Source of the DNA: an uncultured archaeon | GTDB lineage: Archaea; Aenigmatarchaeota; Aenigmatarchaeia; CG10238-14 | Assembly: GCA_964392445.1 (NCBI GenBank) | Contig: CAYMPD010000001.1 | Coordinates: 32,001 to 96,000 of the forward strand | DNA: 64,000 bases | Direction of reading: 5' to 3' | Shown here: in pieces, positions 1 through 9,748 of the stretch | Position numbering within the stretch: the first letter of the stretch is position 1 | How the letters are laid out: each line of letters starts with the position of its first letter | Program-made: the position numbers and the translations under genes | The notes under the pieces: generated by a model | Told to the model about the DNA's origin: nothing | What the model saw: the letters and a program-made list of their open reading frames with translations, nothing else | Database searches by the model: none

Positions 1-341
1 TCATCAAATGCTAGTTTATCTTGTACATCCAAATACCCAGACGAGCATAAATTATCAAGATCTTCTATTTTCTCTAAGGACACTAAATTGGTTTTATTTT
101 CTCCTTCATAAGACAATCCTATTCTTTCCACGGGATTCCCAGGTTCATTCCAATTAGCCAGATGCCCGTTATCATTCAACAACAATTCAGATAATTGAAA
201 GGCTCTGGATCTACTATCTTCTTTGTCTATTTGTGTGATAAATTGAGGTATATTAGATGTATATTGTAAATAGATGAATACTATAAGTCCTATAAAAGCT
301 GCAAAAGTTATCATATACTCTATTGTAAGTTGTCCTTTCAA
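1..341 (-). CDS. Pilin-like protein with class III signal peptide (runs off the window edge; not in ORF track)
   Basis: Manual translation from TTG at 341: MKG/QLTIEYMITFAAFIGLIVFIYL...; basic-Gly cleavage site, Glu at +5, hydrophobic helix; starts immediately after the stop of 342..1292. Confidence 0.75.
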   Translation of the reverse strand, partial: MKGQLTIEYMITFAAFIGLIVFIYLQYTSNIPQFITQIDKEDSRSRAFQLSELLLNDNGHLANWNEPGNPVERIGLSYEGENKTNLVSLEKIEDLDNLCSSGYLDVQDKLAFD

Positions 342-1292
342 TTAGACACCTATTAATTTAAGTTTTACAAGTATCATGAACGTAGCTACAGAAATAGAAG
401 TCAAGATAAGACTATGTTTAAATCCAGCCCTTAAGGACCCTTCTCCTATCTGTCCTGCAACCAAACCCCCACAAATAGATTGTATCACAGACATACAAAA
501 AAATAATCCTAGATAATAACAGGAAATTGATACTGTATTAACACCAAAAATAGAACATATTCCTGAGTAAATATTGCAAGGTAAACATTCCAATGTTAAA
601 CCATAAATACAAAAAGCACAAGGATTGGTTCCCCCAACTCCCAAGGGACCGCTCGCAATAGGAGCTGAAGTTTCAAATATCGGAACCATAAGCTTGTTTA
701 TCGCAACTATTATTGCAATAAAAACTAAAGAGATAATATACATAGCTAAAACATATTGTTTCAAAGTACTTTTTCTTTCCTCTCTAGTATCTTGAAGGAT
801 TATTAATGTATTCGAAAGTGAATCTAAAATTTCCGAAACTCTTCCACCCGATTTATAAGTCTCAATTATTATTCTTATTGTTTTTACAAGCATTGGACTC
901 CTTCTTAATCTCCTTTTTGATTGTTCCAGAACCTTTATCAAATCCACACTCCATGTTAATTGGTTTGACATCTTTCTAACTTCTCTTGTTAGGGGGCCAT
1001 AATTGTTTTTACCTAAAGATATTATAGCTTTATGTAAAGGTAAACCAGCTTTTGTTGCATCGATCAAGTCTCTTAAAAAATTTGGATAAGCCCGCTCTAT
1101 CTCTCTTAATTTTTTAAAATTCATATAACTGATAATTATTTGTGGTGTAGCTATCAGGAAAATTGAAATGATTATTATATTACCTATAACACCTGTATCT
1201 GCAACTAAAAAACCCACAAGAATTAGAACCCAAGATATCAATATAGTTATAATTAGAATTTTTTTCTCTTTCGTTAAACCTAATCTGAACAT
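342..1292 (-). CDS. Type II secretion/type IV pilus platform membrane protein (T2SSF, TadC/FlaJ-like)
   Basis: N-terminal TM helices, 'IERAYPNFLRDL...AGLPL', 'YGPLTREVRKM', 'KSGGRVSEIL', C-terminal TMs; adjacent to the secretion ATPase. Confidence 0.9.
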   Translation of the reverse strand: MFRLGLTKEKKILIITILISWVLILVGFLVADTGVIGNIIIISIFLIATPQIIISYMNFKKLREIERAYPNFLRDLIDATKAGLPLHKAIISLGKNNYGPLTREVRKMSNQLTWSVDLIKVLEQSKRRLRRSPMLVKTIRIIIETYKSGGRVSEILDSLSNTLIILQDTREERKSTLKQYVLAMYIISLVFIAIIVAINKLMVPIFETSAPIASGPLGVGGTNPCAFCIYGLTLECLPCNIYSGICSIFGVNTVSISCYYLGLFFCMSVIQSICGGLVAGQIGEGSLRAGFKHSLILTSISVATFMILVKLKLIGV

Positions 1293-2165
1293 CTATCCCT
1301 CACCCGGTGAACTTGCCTTAATCAAAATAATAAATCCTGCTGAAACTAACGGAATGAAAATAAAAATCAAGAAAAACTGAATGAATACTATGTTTGATTG
1401 GGTACCACCCCCCATTCCGGACATCAAAGAAGTTAATATTGTGAAGAATATGGCTCCCAGAACTAGGCTTGTTAAATAAATTTCTAAAAATATGGACAAA
1501 GATCTAGCGAATTCTTTTAATTTTCTTTTATAATCATTTAAAAAACTCCTAGATTTTTGGCTTAAAAGAGTCGGCATATCACCTCCAGTCTCCAATATAG
1601 ATAATATAGACCAAAAGAGTTCTCTTAGTTTTTTAGAAGGTGTTCTTTCTATTGATCTCTTAAGACTTTCATTAATATTCAACCCAAATGCCCTCATATC
1701 AGTAACAATATTTTTTGCCTCTTTGGATATTTCACCATACTCATCAAACTTAGAAAATATTTCAAATGTTTTGTGCGGAGGTAGACCTGAACTTGCAATC
1801 GTGGAAAGGTATATCCCGGCAAAAGGTAAAGTGTTATCAATATTTTTAGCCTTGCTTTTCATCAAAAACTTTGGATAATTAAGGAATAATAAAAAAAACA
1901 ATGTGCAAATAGAGAAAGAAACTGTTATTCCTGTAAAAATACTAAAAAATATTCCTAATTTCAAAAGAGAAAATATATAGGAGAATAAGGGTAATTCCAC
2001 CATAAAAAGTATTAGACAAGTTAAGAATGAGACGGAAAGATACTCTTGAATAGATATTTTCATTCTACTCCTTCTCAAATCCTTTTTCAAATCAAAAAAG
2101 AAATGTAGATGAGGCTCAATAGTACTTCCTAAAAACCTCATAGCTATTTTGGTGTAAGTAGACAT
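1293..2165 (-). CDS. Type II secretion/type IV pilus platform membrane protein (T2SSF, TadB-like)
   Basis: 'IDNTLPFAGIYLSTIASSGLPP', 'YGEISKE', 'TPSKKLRELF...TGGD' pattern; multiple TMs. Confidence 0.9.
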   Translation of the reverse strand: MSTYTKIAMRFLGSTIEPHLHFFFDLKKDLRRSRMKISIQEYLSVSFLTCLILFMVELPLFSYIFSLLKLGIFFSIFTGITVSFSICTLFFLLFLNYPKFLMKSKAKNIDNTLPFAGIYLSTIASSGLPPHKTFEIFSKFDEYGEISKEAKNIVTDMRAFGLNINESLKRSIERTPSKKLRELFWSILSILETGGDMPTLLSQKSRSFLNDYKRKLKEFARSLSIFLEIYLTSLVLGAIFFTILTSLMSGMGGGTQSNIVFIQFFLIFIFIPLVSAGFIILIKASSPGEG

Positions 2166-3922
2166 TAAATTTCACCAGTAATAACATCCATAATTCTCTC
2201 CGGGTAATTGTAATAAAGATTTATGATTTTAGAGATGGTTTTATAATTCGTTATATTTCTTTCCTTAAGCCAGTAAAGAATTGCCATTCTCCTTTTTAAT
2301 TCCTCCAGAATCTCCTTTTCGTTTATACCAGTTTTTTTCAAAATATTTCTAAACGTTACACTATCACTCTTTATTTTTATTTTATCTACTTCTGCATCCC
2401 ATTCAAATATTTTATTAGTTATCGGGATATCATTCTTTCTATCGAATCCTGTAATCTCATAAATTCCTTGGACCCTTCTTGTAAATCTTCCTTTGTATTT
2501 TAATTTTGTCAGAAATACTATAAGGTCGAGGCTTTCCACTAAACTGGGAGGTAATTTAATTGGTGGTGTTGTTAACCTATCAACAAGCTTTTCCATTGTA
2601 TCTGCATGTATGGTAGCAAAGGATGGGTGACCAGTAGCCATCTGTTGAAATAAAACATAAGCCTCTTTCCCTCTAACCTCTCCGAGAATTATATAATCTG
2701 GTCTTTGTCTCATACTTTCTTTTAAAAGATCAAATAAGTCTACTTGGCCCTTTTCCCCTTCTTTTGAAATTGGGGTTCTAGCAACATGGGGTATCCAATG
2801 AGGATGAGTCAATTTGAGCTCAGCTGTGTCCTCTATACTAACAATCTTCTTATCTTGTTTTATAAATGAAGAAAGTACATTTAAAAGAACAGTTTTACCT
2901 GTTGCCGTCCCGCCAGATATTAGTATACTAGAACCGTAATCAACTGCCAGCCAAAGAAAAGCTAAAGTTTTGATATCTATAGTACCATAATTTAAAAGAT
3001 GAGTTATTGTAAAGGGATATTTCGTGAATTTTCTTATAGTAAAATTAGAACCTTTCCTCGCTATGTCTGTTGCTAATGTTCCCTGAACTCTTGATCCGTC
3101 AGGTAAAGCTCCTTGTAAGAGTGGATCGACAACTGAAACAGCTTGCCCACACAATTGAGCTAATCTGATCAAATAAGAATCTAGCTTTTCTTTATCCTCA
3201 AAAATTATATTTGTTGGGATAGATCCAAGAAAAGGATTTCGGTGGAAAATATAAATGGGTATATTAACTCCATCGCAACTTATGTCCTCTATGTATGGAT
3301 CATACATTAATGGTTCTAATGGGCCCAGACCCAGGAAATCTCTTTCTATATAATACATCAATACTTCTTTCTCATTCTCAGATAATTTAATTCCAAAGTA
3401 ATCAAGAATTTTTAATGCCTCCCTCCTTAGATAATTCTTTGCCTCTTGTTCTTTCAATTTACTGAAATCTATATCTAATTTTTCCTCTAAAATATCTTTT
3501 AATTTTACGATTAACCTCCTCAACTTTGTAGGTAATTTTGGCTGAATAACTTTGTACTCATGTTCATTTTTTTCCTGGTTCCAGTTTATTTTCGCATACG
3601 CCATTACTGTTTCGTCTTTTTTGGGATTTTCCGGTATTAGGGGATAAGTAGTAGAAATAAATTGGCCTCTCTCTTCATGTTTTATTCCAAACTTAGATAT
3701 TCTTTTTGTATCAAATTCCGGTATTTTTATTGCCTCTAATTTTTCAATCCTTTCTTGCTCTTTCTCCTTTTCTTTTTCCTTTATGGATACTTCTCCCGTA
3801 ATCTCTATTGGTTTGTCTGGAAATCCTGTTATAGAACTAATATTAGGTTTATCCTTTTCACCCCATTTAAGTTTGGTTTTATAACCATCTACTAATTTTT
3901 TGAAAATTAACTTTCTCTTCAT
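2165..3922 (-). CDS. Type IV pilus assembly ATPase (FlaI/TadA/VirB11 family)
   Basis: Walker A GGTATGKT, 'SIEDTAEL', 'RQRPDYIILGEVRGKEA', 'TGH...TIHA', 'EDISCDG'. Confidence 0.95.
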   Translation of the reverse strand: MKRKLIFKKLVDGYKTKLKWGEKDKPNISSITGFPDKPIEITGEVSIKEKEKEKEQERIEKLEAIKIPEFDTKRISKFGIKHEERGQFISTTYPLIPENPKKDETVMAYAKINWNQEKNEHEYKVIQPKLPTKLRRLIVKLKDILEEKLDIDFSKLKEQEAKNYLRREALKILDYFGIKLSENEKEVLMYYIERDFLGLGPLEPLMYDPYIEDISCDGVNIPIYIFHRNPFLGSIPTNIIFEDKEKLDSYLIRLAQLCGQAVSVVDPLLQGALPDGSRVQGTLATDIARKGSNFTIRKFTKYPFTITHLLNYGTIDIKTLAFLWLAVDYGSSILISGGTATGKTVLLNVLSSFIKQDKKIVSIEDTAELKLTHPHWIPHVARTPISKEGEKGQVDLFDLLKESMRQRPDYIILGEVRGKEAYVLFQQMATGHPSFATIHADTMEKLVDRLTTPPIKLPPSLVESLDLIVFLTKLKYKGRFTRRVQGIYEITGFDRKNDIPITNKIFEWDAEVDKIKIKSDSVTFRNILKKTGINEKEILEELKRRMAILYWLKERNITNYKTISKIINLYYNYPERIMDVITGEI

Positions 3923-4353
3923 CAGCCAACCTCTATCTCATTATTTACATTATTAATTTGTATTTCTACTATTTTATTTTCGCTCCTTGACTCTGAATCT
4001 TGAAACGTAAAAGTTTTATTTAAATTAAATAATGAACTTTCTCTCGAATATATTTTACTCGATCTTAAGGTTGTGTTTAATCCTTCTTGATCTAGTATAA
4101 TCTCATAATAATAACCACCTATTTTTGAAGGTATTTCTCCTTGGACTTTAAATGAATCGCAGGATTTACAACCGATTCCCCTTATAATATGGTTTACCAC
4201 AAGATCATTAACTATATCTGTGAGTCTATCACCTACTCTTTCCTTGAAAAAATCATTCTGTCTAGTGAAAAAAGAACTAATTACCGCAAATATACTAAAG
4301 GATATCAGGAAAAATAATATGAATTCAATAACAAGGGATTGTCCTTTTTTCAT
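3922..4353 (-). CDS. Pilin-like protein, class III signal peptide
   Basis: MKKG/QSLVIEFILFFLISFSIFAVI N-terminus; inside the pilus operon. Confidence 0.8.
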   Translation of the reverse strand: MKKGQSLVIEFILFFLISFSIFAVISSFFTRQNDFFKERVGDRLTDIVNDLVVNHIIRGIGCKSCDSFKVQGEIPSKIGGYYYEIILDQEGLNTTLRSSKIYSRESSLFNLNKTFTFQDSESRSENKIVEIQINNVNNEIEVG

Positions 4354-4958
4354 TAAACAATAATATTGACTTGTGTTTTAATATCATTTGTTCCGGTCGA
4401 ACCCAATCTTTGAATCCGCAAGAAACCTTGAGTTGATTCTACATCATTATCCCCAGAAGTTTTAAGGGCTATCTTGTAACTCTTACCCGTGGTTCTGTCC
4501 TCTAATTCCCGGAACCACATTCTATACCACACCGTTATATATTCATCTCCCAATCTTGCTTTACCTGAAATGACACCCGGTTTATCTATACCTAGAGTTG
4601 CAGTTGAATTAGTATTTGGTGTGTTTAAAGGAATCCATTCTGAACTTTCAGCCACATTTGAAACTTTAGATTCAAAGGTAAAAACAATACTATTATTTAA
4701 TTCATCCGTAGAAGACTCTGGGTAAACATATAATTTACCAGGTACATCTAATTCCAAAGATTCTTCTCCACCATTTCTGGCGACATCAACTATTGATTTT
4801 TCCAACTCTCCAAAAAAATTATAGGTATCTTCCATACTTTTTGAATCCTTTTTCTTTTGAATAACAGACTGGGCCCAAGGATAAACAGTCCCAACTATGG
4901 ACAAACCTACAAGAACTATTATTATTGCCGATACTACCTGTGATTGTCCTTTTCTCAT
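4353..4958 (-). CDS. Pilin-like protein, class III signal peptide
   Basis: MRKG/QSQVVSAIIIVLVGLSIVG N-terminus; inside the pilus operon. Confidence 0.8.
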   Translation of the reverse strand: MRKGQSQVVSAIIIVLVGLSIVGTVYPWAQSVIQKKKDSKSMEDTYNFFGELEKSIVDVARNGGEESLELDVPGKLYVYPESSTDELNNSIVFTFESKVSNVAESSEWIPLNTPNTNSTATLGIDKPGVISGKARLGDEYITVWYRMWFRELEDRTTGKSYKIALKTSGDNDVESTQGFLRIQRLGSTGTNDIKTQVNIIV

Positions 4959-5004
4959 ATATATCTAATCATAATTAACATAAACAAAAGAAATAATTAA
5001 CCCA

Positions 5005-5373
5005 TTAACAATATACTACCTGTCTTACTGCGTTACTTGGAGATACTACCAGGACTGTATTAGCCCCAGAAGTCCCCGTGACATCTGTGACGGCTGTATT
5101 GTGAGGTTCAATTGTACTAAGACTAAAAGCTGTGTTTTCAACATTTTCAACAAAAATTTTGATATCACTACTCGTCACGTCAACTGTCCCATCATTCGAA
5201 ATAACCAAAGTTATGATGTTACTACTACATGAAGCGTCTAACACGGAAATAGTTTTAGATGTTCTCCCTGAAATCATCCCAGACATGTAAATATAAGCAG
5301 TTCCTGCCAATGCAATAGTAATCATAAGTAATAAAATAGTTGCTATTATTGCAGAAACGCCTTTATCCTTCAT
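5005..5373 (-). CDS. Archaeal type IV pilin (Pilin_N/DUF1628-type, likely major pilin)
   Basis: MKDKG/VSAIIATILLLMITIALAGTAY, the typical archaeal pilin N-terminus. Confidence 0.9.
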   Translation of the reverse strand: MKDKGVSAIIATILLLMITIALAGTAYIYMSGMISGRTSKTISVLDASCSSNIITLVISNDGTVDVTSSDIKIFVENVENTAFSLSTIEPHNTAVTDVTGTSGANTVLVVSPSNAVRQVVYC

Positions 5374-5384
5374 CCCATCCTCTC

Positions 5385-5885
5385 TTACAACTTCAATGGT
5401 AATGGTTTTTGTTGTTGTGCTGGTGGTCTCGGTCTCGGTCTTGATCTTGATCTCCTCAATTTTTTCCCAACATCATCAAGTAATTCAAGCATTGTATCAT
5501 TTTTACTAGTTATTTTTTTGTTTTCCTGTACTAATTCCTCAAGTTTATCAACAACGGGCTTCATAGTTTCTGGACCTAAACCTGAAACCTCCTGCTCACC
5601 AGTAGCTTTTATAAATGAAACTAATTCTTTCATATTTGTTATTAAATCGTCCATTCTTCCAGGTAATTTTGAAATTTCTATTCTTAAAGCATCATTTGAC
5701 TTTGCTAATTCATCGACAAGCATTTGATTCATTCTAACAATATCAACAATATCGTCCAAAAGATCTTTAGGATAATTCCCAGGACCAGAAGTCTTCTCCA
5801 CCCTATCAAGCCTTCTTTCAATCCTTCTTATAGGAGACATAGGGACAAGTTCATATTCTCCTCTGTCATCTTCGGTAATTACCAT
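5385..5885 (-). CDS. Hypothetical coiled-coil protein with basic Arg/Pro-rich tail
   Basis: Heptad-like helices; C-terminal RSRSRPRPRPP. Confidence 0.7.
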   Translation of the reverse strand: MVITEDDRGEYELVPMSPIRRIERRLDRVEKTSGPGNYPKDLLDDIVDIVRMNQMLVDELAKSNDALRIEISKLPGRMDDLITNMKELVSFIKATGEQEVSGLGPETMKPVVDKLEELVQENKKITSKNDTMLELLDDVGKKLRRSRSRPRPRPPAQQQKPLPLKL

Positions 5886-5980
5886 TTCTTCACCTAAGAT
5901 AATTGTATCGTTCTATGCTTAAATTATTTTGTTTTGAGTATTAAAAAATTTGCTTTGAGAAAAAGTAATGTTCTAATAAT

Positions 5981-6000
5981 AAAAAAGAAGAAAAAAAGAA
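5981..6000 (-). terminator. Oligo-T terminator downstream of the thermosome gene
   Basis: + strand aaaaaagaagaaaaaaagaa reads as T-tracts on the - strand, about 10 nt after the ths stop. Confidence 0.5.
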
Positions 6001-6009
6001 TTTATATGA

Positions 6010-7683
6010 CTACATTCCTGGCATTCCACCCATTCCTCCTGGTGGCATTCCACCCATTCCTCCTGGTGGCATTCCTGCTCCTCCGCCTTTATTGAGCTTT
6101 GATGCGGATATCACATCGTCTATTCTTAGAATCATTTCTGCTGCTTCTGTTGCTGATTTAATTGCTTGTGTTTTAACTTTTACTGGTTCAAGTACTCCCT
6201 GTTTAACCATATCTGTAATTCCTCCATTCAAAACATTCACACCAACTTCTAGTTTGTTTTTATCGTGTTCTGATCTTAACGAAACTAATATATCTATTGG
6301 ATCTAAACCACCGTTCTCTGCAAGGCTTCTAGGTATTACTTCCATCGCATCTGCAAATGCAATAATAGCGAGCTGTTCTCTTCCTGAAAATCCTTCTGAA
6401 TATTTTCTGAGTTCTTTTGCAACTGCTGCTTCTGGTGATCCCCCTCCAGGTACCATCTTTCCTACTTCTATTGCTGATGAAACTGCCCCGATTGCATCTT
6501 CAATCGCACGATCTATTTCATCAACTACATGTTCTGTTCCTCCTCTTACAAGGATCGTTACTGCTTTTGGGTTTTTACAATCTCTGACAAAGACCATTTC
6601 CTCGTCTCCTATTCTCTGCTCTTCAACTAATTTGGCATTTCCCAAATCCTCTTTAGATAAATCACTCAAATTTGTAACCACTTTCCCATCTGTTGCCTTT
6701 GCTAGTTTTTTCATGTCTGATTTCTTTACTCTCCTCACTGCAAGAACTCCTTTCTTTGAAAGATAATGTTGAGCCATGTCATCAATTCCTTTTTGACAGA
6801 ACAAAACATTTGCTCCTGATTTAACGACTTTATCAACCATCTTTTTGAGTTCTTTTTCTTCTTGTTCAACAAAAGCTTGAAGTTTACTTGGGTCTGTAAT
6901 TTGAATTTGAGTATCTGTCTCTGCTGATTTCACTTCTAATGCTGTATCAAGCAAAGCTATCTTTGCTTTCTCAATATTTCTTGGCATTCCTGAATGAACT
7001 ACTTCTTTATCCACAACTATTCCTCTGATCAATTCTGTGTCTTCGGATGAACCACCTTGTTTTTTTTCTCTTTTGATGTTTTCTATATCAACCACTACTT
7101 TGTTACCTTTTTTCTCGGCAACTTGAGTTACTGCTTCAACTACTATATCTGCAAGTTTATCTCCAAACCCATATCCAGATTTTCCACTCATACTTGTTAA
7201 TGCAATCTTTTTTAGATCTCCCTTATCTTTCACTGAAACATTTTTGGAAATCTTATCAAGAACCTTTAAACTCTCATTTCTCGCAAGGTTATATCCATTT
7301 ATAATTACTGTGGGATGTATATCCTGTTCCAAAAGATCATTCGCTTTTTTGAGAAGTTCGCCTGCTATTACCACTGCTGTTGTTGTTCCATCACCTACTT
7401 CCTCGTTCTGTGTTTTTGAAATCTCAACCATCATTTTTGCGGCTGGATGTTCTATCTCCATTTCTTCAAGAATTGTTACTCCATCATTTGTAACAACTAT
7501 ATCTCCTATTGAGTCAACCAACATTTTATCCATTCCTTTTGGTCCAAGGGTTGTTCTTACTGCATCTGCTACAGCTCTTGCTGCGGCTATGTTGTTTTCC
7601 TGCGCATTTCTTCCTCTATTTCTTAATGTACCTTCGGGAAGGATTAAAACTGGTTGTCCTCCTATTTGTCCTACACTTACCAT
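6010..7683 (-). CDS. ths: Thermosome subunit (group II chaperonin)
   Basis: '[12 protein letters not shown]', 'TNDGVTIL', 'GDGTTT', C-terminal GGM repeats. Confidence 0.98.
   Translation of the reverse strand: MVSVGQIGGQPVLILPEGTLRNRGRNAQENNIAAARAVADAVRTTLGPKGMDKMLVDSIGDIVVTNDGVTILEEMEIEHPAAKMMVEISKTQNEEVGDGTTTAVVIAGELLKKANDLLEQDIHPTVIINGYNLARNESLKVLDKISKNVSVKDKGDLKKIALTSMSGKSGYGFGDKLADIVVEAVTQVAEKKGNKVVVDIENIKREKKQGGSSEDTELIRGIVVDKEVVHSGMPRNIEKAKIALLDTALEVKSAETDTQIQITDPSKLQAFVEQEEKELKKMVDKVVKSGANVLFCQKGIDDMAQHYLSKKGVLAVRRVKKSDMKKLAKATDGKVVTNLSDLSKEDLGNAKLVEEQRIGDEEMVFVRDCKNPKAVTILVRGGTEHVVDEIDRAIEDAIGAVSSAIEVGKMVPGGGSPEAAVAKELRKYSEGFSGREQLAIIAFADAMEVIPRSLAENGGLDPIDILVSLRSEHDKNKLEVGVNVLNGGITDMVKQGVLEPVKVKTQAIKSATEAAEMILRIDDVISASKLNKGGGAGMPPGGMGGMPPGGMGGMPGM
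6020..6075. repeat. 24-nt tandem repeat (about 2.3 copies) encoding the chaperonin GGM tail
   Basis: GGCATTCCACCCATTCCTCCTGGT twice, then GGCATTCC. Confidence 0.85.
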
Positions 7684-7780
7684 AATTCTACACCTCCGTT
7701 TTTAATTAGAATTCATCATAATGTTTGTTATTGAAATTTAAATATGTATACCCGCATGCACATGTTAGAATAAGGGTACT

Positions 7781-8689
7781 TTAAGTTTTTCTTTCCTTAA
7801 TCAACCCAGAAAAATCTCTATAATTATCTAACTCATCAATCTCACTATCAAAAATAACTGGTATACCGTCAATATTTTGATCCTTAGAATCTTTGGTAAT
7901 AAAAACAGAAATTGTATTTGTTAAAGAAGATATGTTCTTGAGAACTTCGGATTTTTTATCAATATTTTCTCTACACTCAGACAGTCCAGTCAAAAATACT
8001 TCTTTTTTTCTCCCAACTATCTCAAAAGGTGAAGATGACAAACAACTGGATTTTATTTTTAACTCGGAAAATTTGGTTTTTATCCTATCCTGAAATTTTG
8101 TTTTCGGGGCTATCTCATCATATTCTCTGGTCATAGTTATCTCATAATTTTTTGAAATTTTTATCCCAAAGAAATCTTCTAATTTCTCGACAGCTTCCTC
8201 TGTTGGATTTACTCTTTCATTTTCTATTTCATACAATGACTTTTTTGAAACATCTATCCTTTTACCTAATTCTTCTAAAGATAAATTCGTCCTCTCCCGA
8301 GATTTCCTTAGCAATTTTGCATCTATGTCAACCACATGCTTACCTTTTATCGCAAAAACAGAAGGCATCCAATCATTAGTAACAATATTCTCAAATGATC
8401 CAATTGTCATGGTTGGTACCCCAAACCTGGAATAGATAACATTATCAGAAAGTTTCCCTCTATTACACCTCACAGAAATAGTCAAAGTTTTACTTGAAAG
8501 AAAATCAGACATAATTTTCAGGTTGTTGGCATGTTCTCTGGAAAGTGAATCTATGTTTGTAAGTACTTTTATCAGTAAGGTATCATCTCTCCTTGTTAAA
8601 ACGTCAAAACATCCCCTAAAAACAACAGTACGAAACTCATTTAAATCTAAAATTTCTAAAACTTCATTCAATAAGTCAGCTTTAAACAT
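7781..8689 (-). CDS. Archaeal HTH transcriptional regulator (COG1395-like, XRE HTH)
   Basis: 'CFDVLTRR...LLIKVLTNIDSL', HTH 'LSLEELGKRIDVSKKSLYEIE'; usual neighbour of the thermosome gene. Confidence 0.85.
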   Translation of the reverse strand: MFKADLLNEVLEILDLNEFRTVVFRGCFDVLTRRDDTLLIKVLTNIDSLSREHANNLKIMSDFLSSKTLTISVRCNRGKLSDNVIYSRFGVPTMTIGSFENIVTNDWMPSVFAIKGKHVVDIDAKLLRKSRERTNLSLEELGKRIDVSKKSLYEIENERVNPTEEAVEKLEDFFGIKISKNYEITMTREYDEIAPKTKFQDRIKTKFSELKIKSSCLSSSPFEIVGRKKEVFLTGLSECRENIDKKSEVLKNISSLTNTISVFITKDSKDQNIDGIPVIFDSEIDELDNYRDFSGLIKERKT

Positions 8690-8730
8690 AAATTATATTT
8701 GAGTACGAAAAACTTAATAAGTTAATGGTG

Positions 8731-8840
8731 GGGCCCGTAGCTCAGCCTGGTTAGACCCTTTTTGGGGACTGAAGCGCTTGTCTTATAAGGCAACTGAGCG
8801 TAAAAGCAAGTGGTCCTGGGTTCAAATCCCAGCGGGCCCA
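8731..8840 (+). tRNA. tRNA-Ile(TAT) with two introns (about 8755-8772 in the D-arm and 8788-8804 at 37/38)
   Basis: Acceptor GGGCCCG/CGGGCCC+A; D-stem GCTC/GAGC after intron removal; anticodon stem CTTGT/GCAAG with loop CT-TAT-AA; T-arm CTGGG-TTCAAAT-CCCAG. Confidence 0.85.
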
Positions 8841-8847
8841 TTAATTT

Positions 8848-9027
8848 TTACTTTCTCGGCTTTTCAACACCATACACAATAAGAAGAATCCCTATTAGAA
8901 TTACAATAATCCTGCCTACTAAATGCGAACTTAACCATAAAATAATTCCATCCAAAACCAAAACTCTAGAACTAGTTATTAAAAAGAACATTATTACCCA
9001 CCAAGTAAGAGATAAAGAGAGATTCAA
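8848..9027 (-). CDS. Small two-TM membrane protein (59 aa; not in ORF track)
   Basis: TTG start; MNLSLSLTWWVIMFFLITSS...GRIIVILIGILLIVYGVEKPRK; fills the gap between the tRNA and the rhomboid gene. Confidence 0.55.
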   Translation of the reverse strand: MNLSLSLTWWVIMFFLITSSRVLVLDGIILWLSSHLVGRIIVILIGILLIVYGVEKPRK

Positions 9028-9103
9028 AATTTTACTTAACCGAAAATAATTTTAATATACTGGTCACTAAATACCATTAATTATTATTTTTGAAAAACGA
9101 TAA

Positions 9104-9748
9104 GTGATTGGTATGAGAAGAGTTGTTTTTGGTCATCGAAGGAGAAGAAGTTTTTGGGATACTATTACCGCTAAAATATTAGCTATAAATATAGTTGTTT
9201 TTCTTCTGACTAGTTTTAGTCAATCGACGTTTGATCTTCTCGCATTAACCCCTACTATCGCTGTTCAGGAAGGAATGTTCTGGCAATTCTTTACGTTTAT
9301 GTTTGTACATGCTAACTTTGCTCATATATTCTTTAACATGTTCTCGTTACTGATGTTTGGTCCGACTATTGAAGAAAGAATGGGTACTAAGAATTATTTG
9401 ATATTTTACCTACTCTGCGGGCTTGGGTCAGGTGTATTCCATATTTTAATCACCGGTTTAGGTATTATTCCTCTTGTTGGTGCTTCTGGTGCGATATTCG
9501 GTGTGGTCACTGCTTATGGTTTATTTTTCCCAAGACATGTTATATATGTTTATTTTATCCCTATGCCTGCAATTGTCGCGATTGGGTTGTTTGCGATGAT
9601 TGAGTTGTTCTCTGGAATATCGGGTGTTCAGTCAGGAGTAGCTAATTTCGGACATCTTGGTGGAATGATTGTTGGTTTTATTCTAGTGAAATTTTTTGGG
9701 TTTGGGAAAAAGAAGAACCATGTTTATTTTTGGGAAAGCGATTGGTAA
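9104..9748 (+). CDS. Rhomboid family intramembrane serine protease
   Basis: 'WQFFTFMFVHANFAHIFFNM', catalytic 'GASG', 'HLGG'. Confidence 0.95.
   Translation: MIGMRRVVFGHRRRRSFWDTITAKILAINIVVFLLTSFSQSTFDLLALTPTIAVQEGMFWQFFTFMFVHANFAHIFFNMFSLLMFGPTIEERMGTKNYLIFYLLCGLGSGVFHILITGLGIIPLVGASGAIFGVVTAYGLFFPRHVIYVYFIPMPAIVAIGLFAMIELFSGISGVQSGVANFGHLGGMIVGFILVKFFGFGKKKNHVYFWESDW

Noticed and set aside
6020-6075. Tandem repeat at the thermosome 3' end
   Set aside because: Ordinary GGM-rich chaperonin tail
6092-7705. Long + strand ORFs antisense to the thermosome (and similar shadows such as 48782..49384, 43910..44386, 32825..33352)
   Set aside because: Antisense shadows of well-supported genes with Ser/Phe/Ile-rich non-protein-like composition
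8810-9049. ORFs overlapping tRNA genes (8810..9049, 17569..17778, 28241..28516)
   Set aside because: They begin within or run through tRNA sequences; spurious
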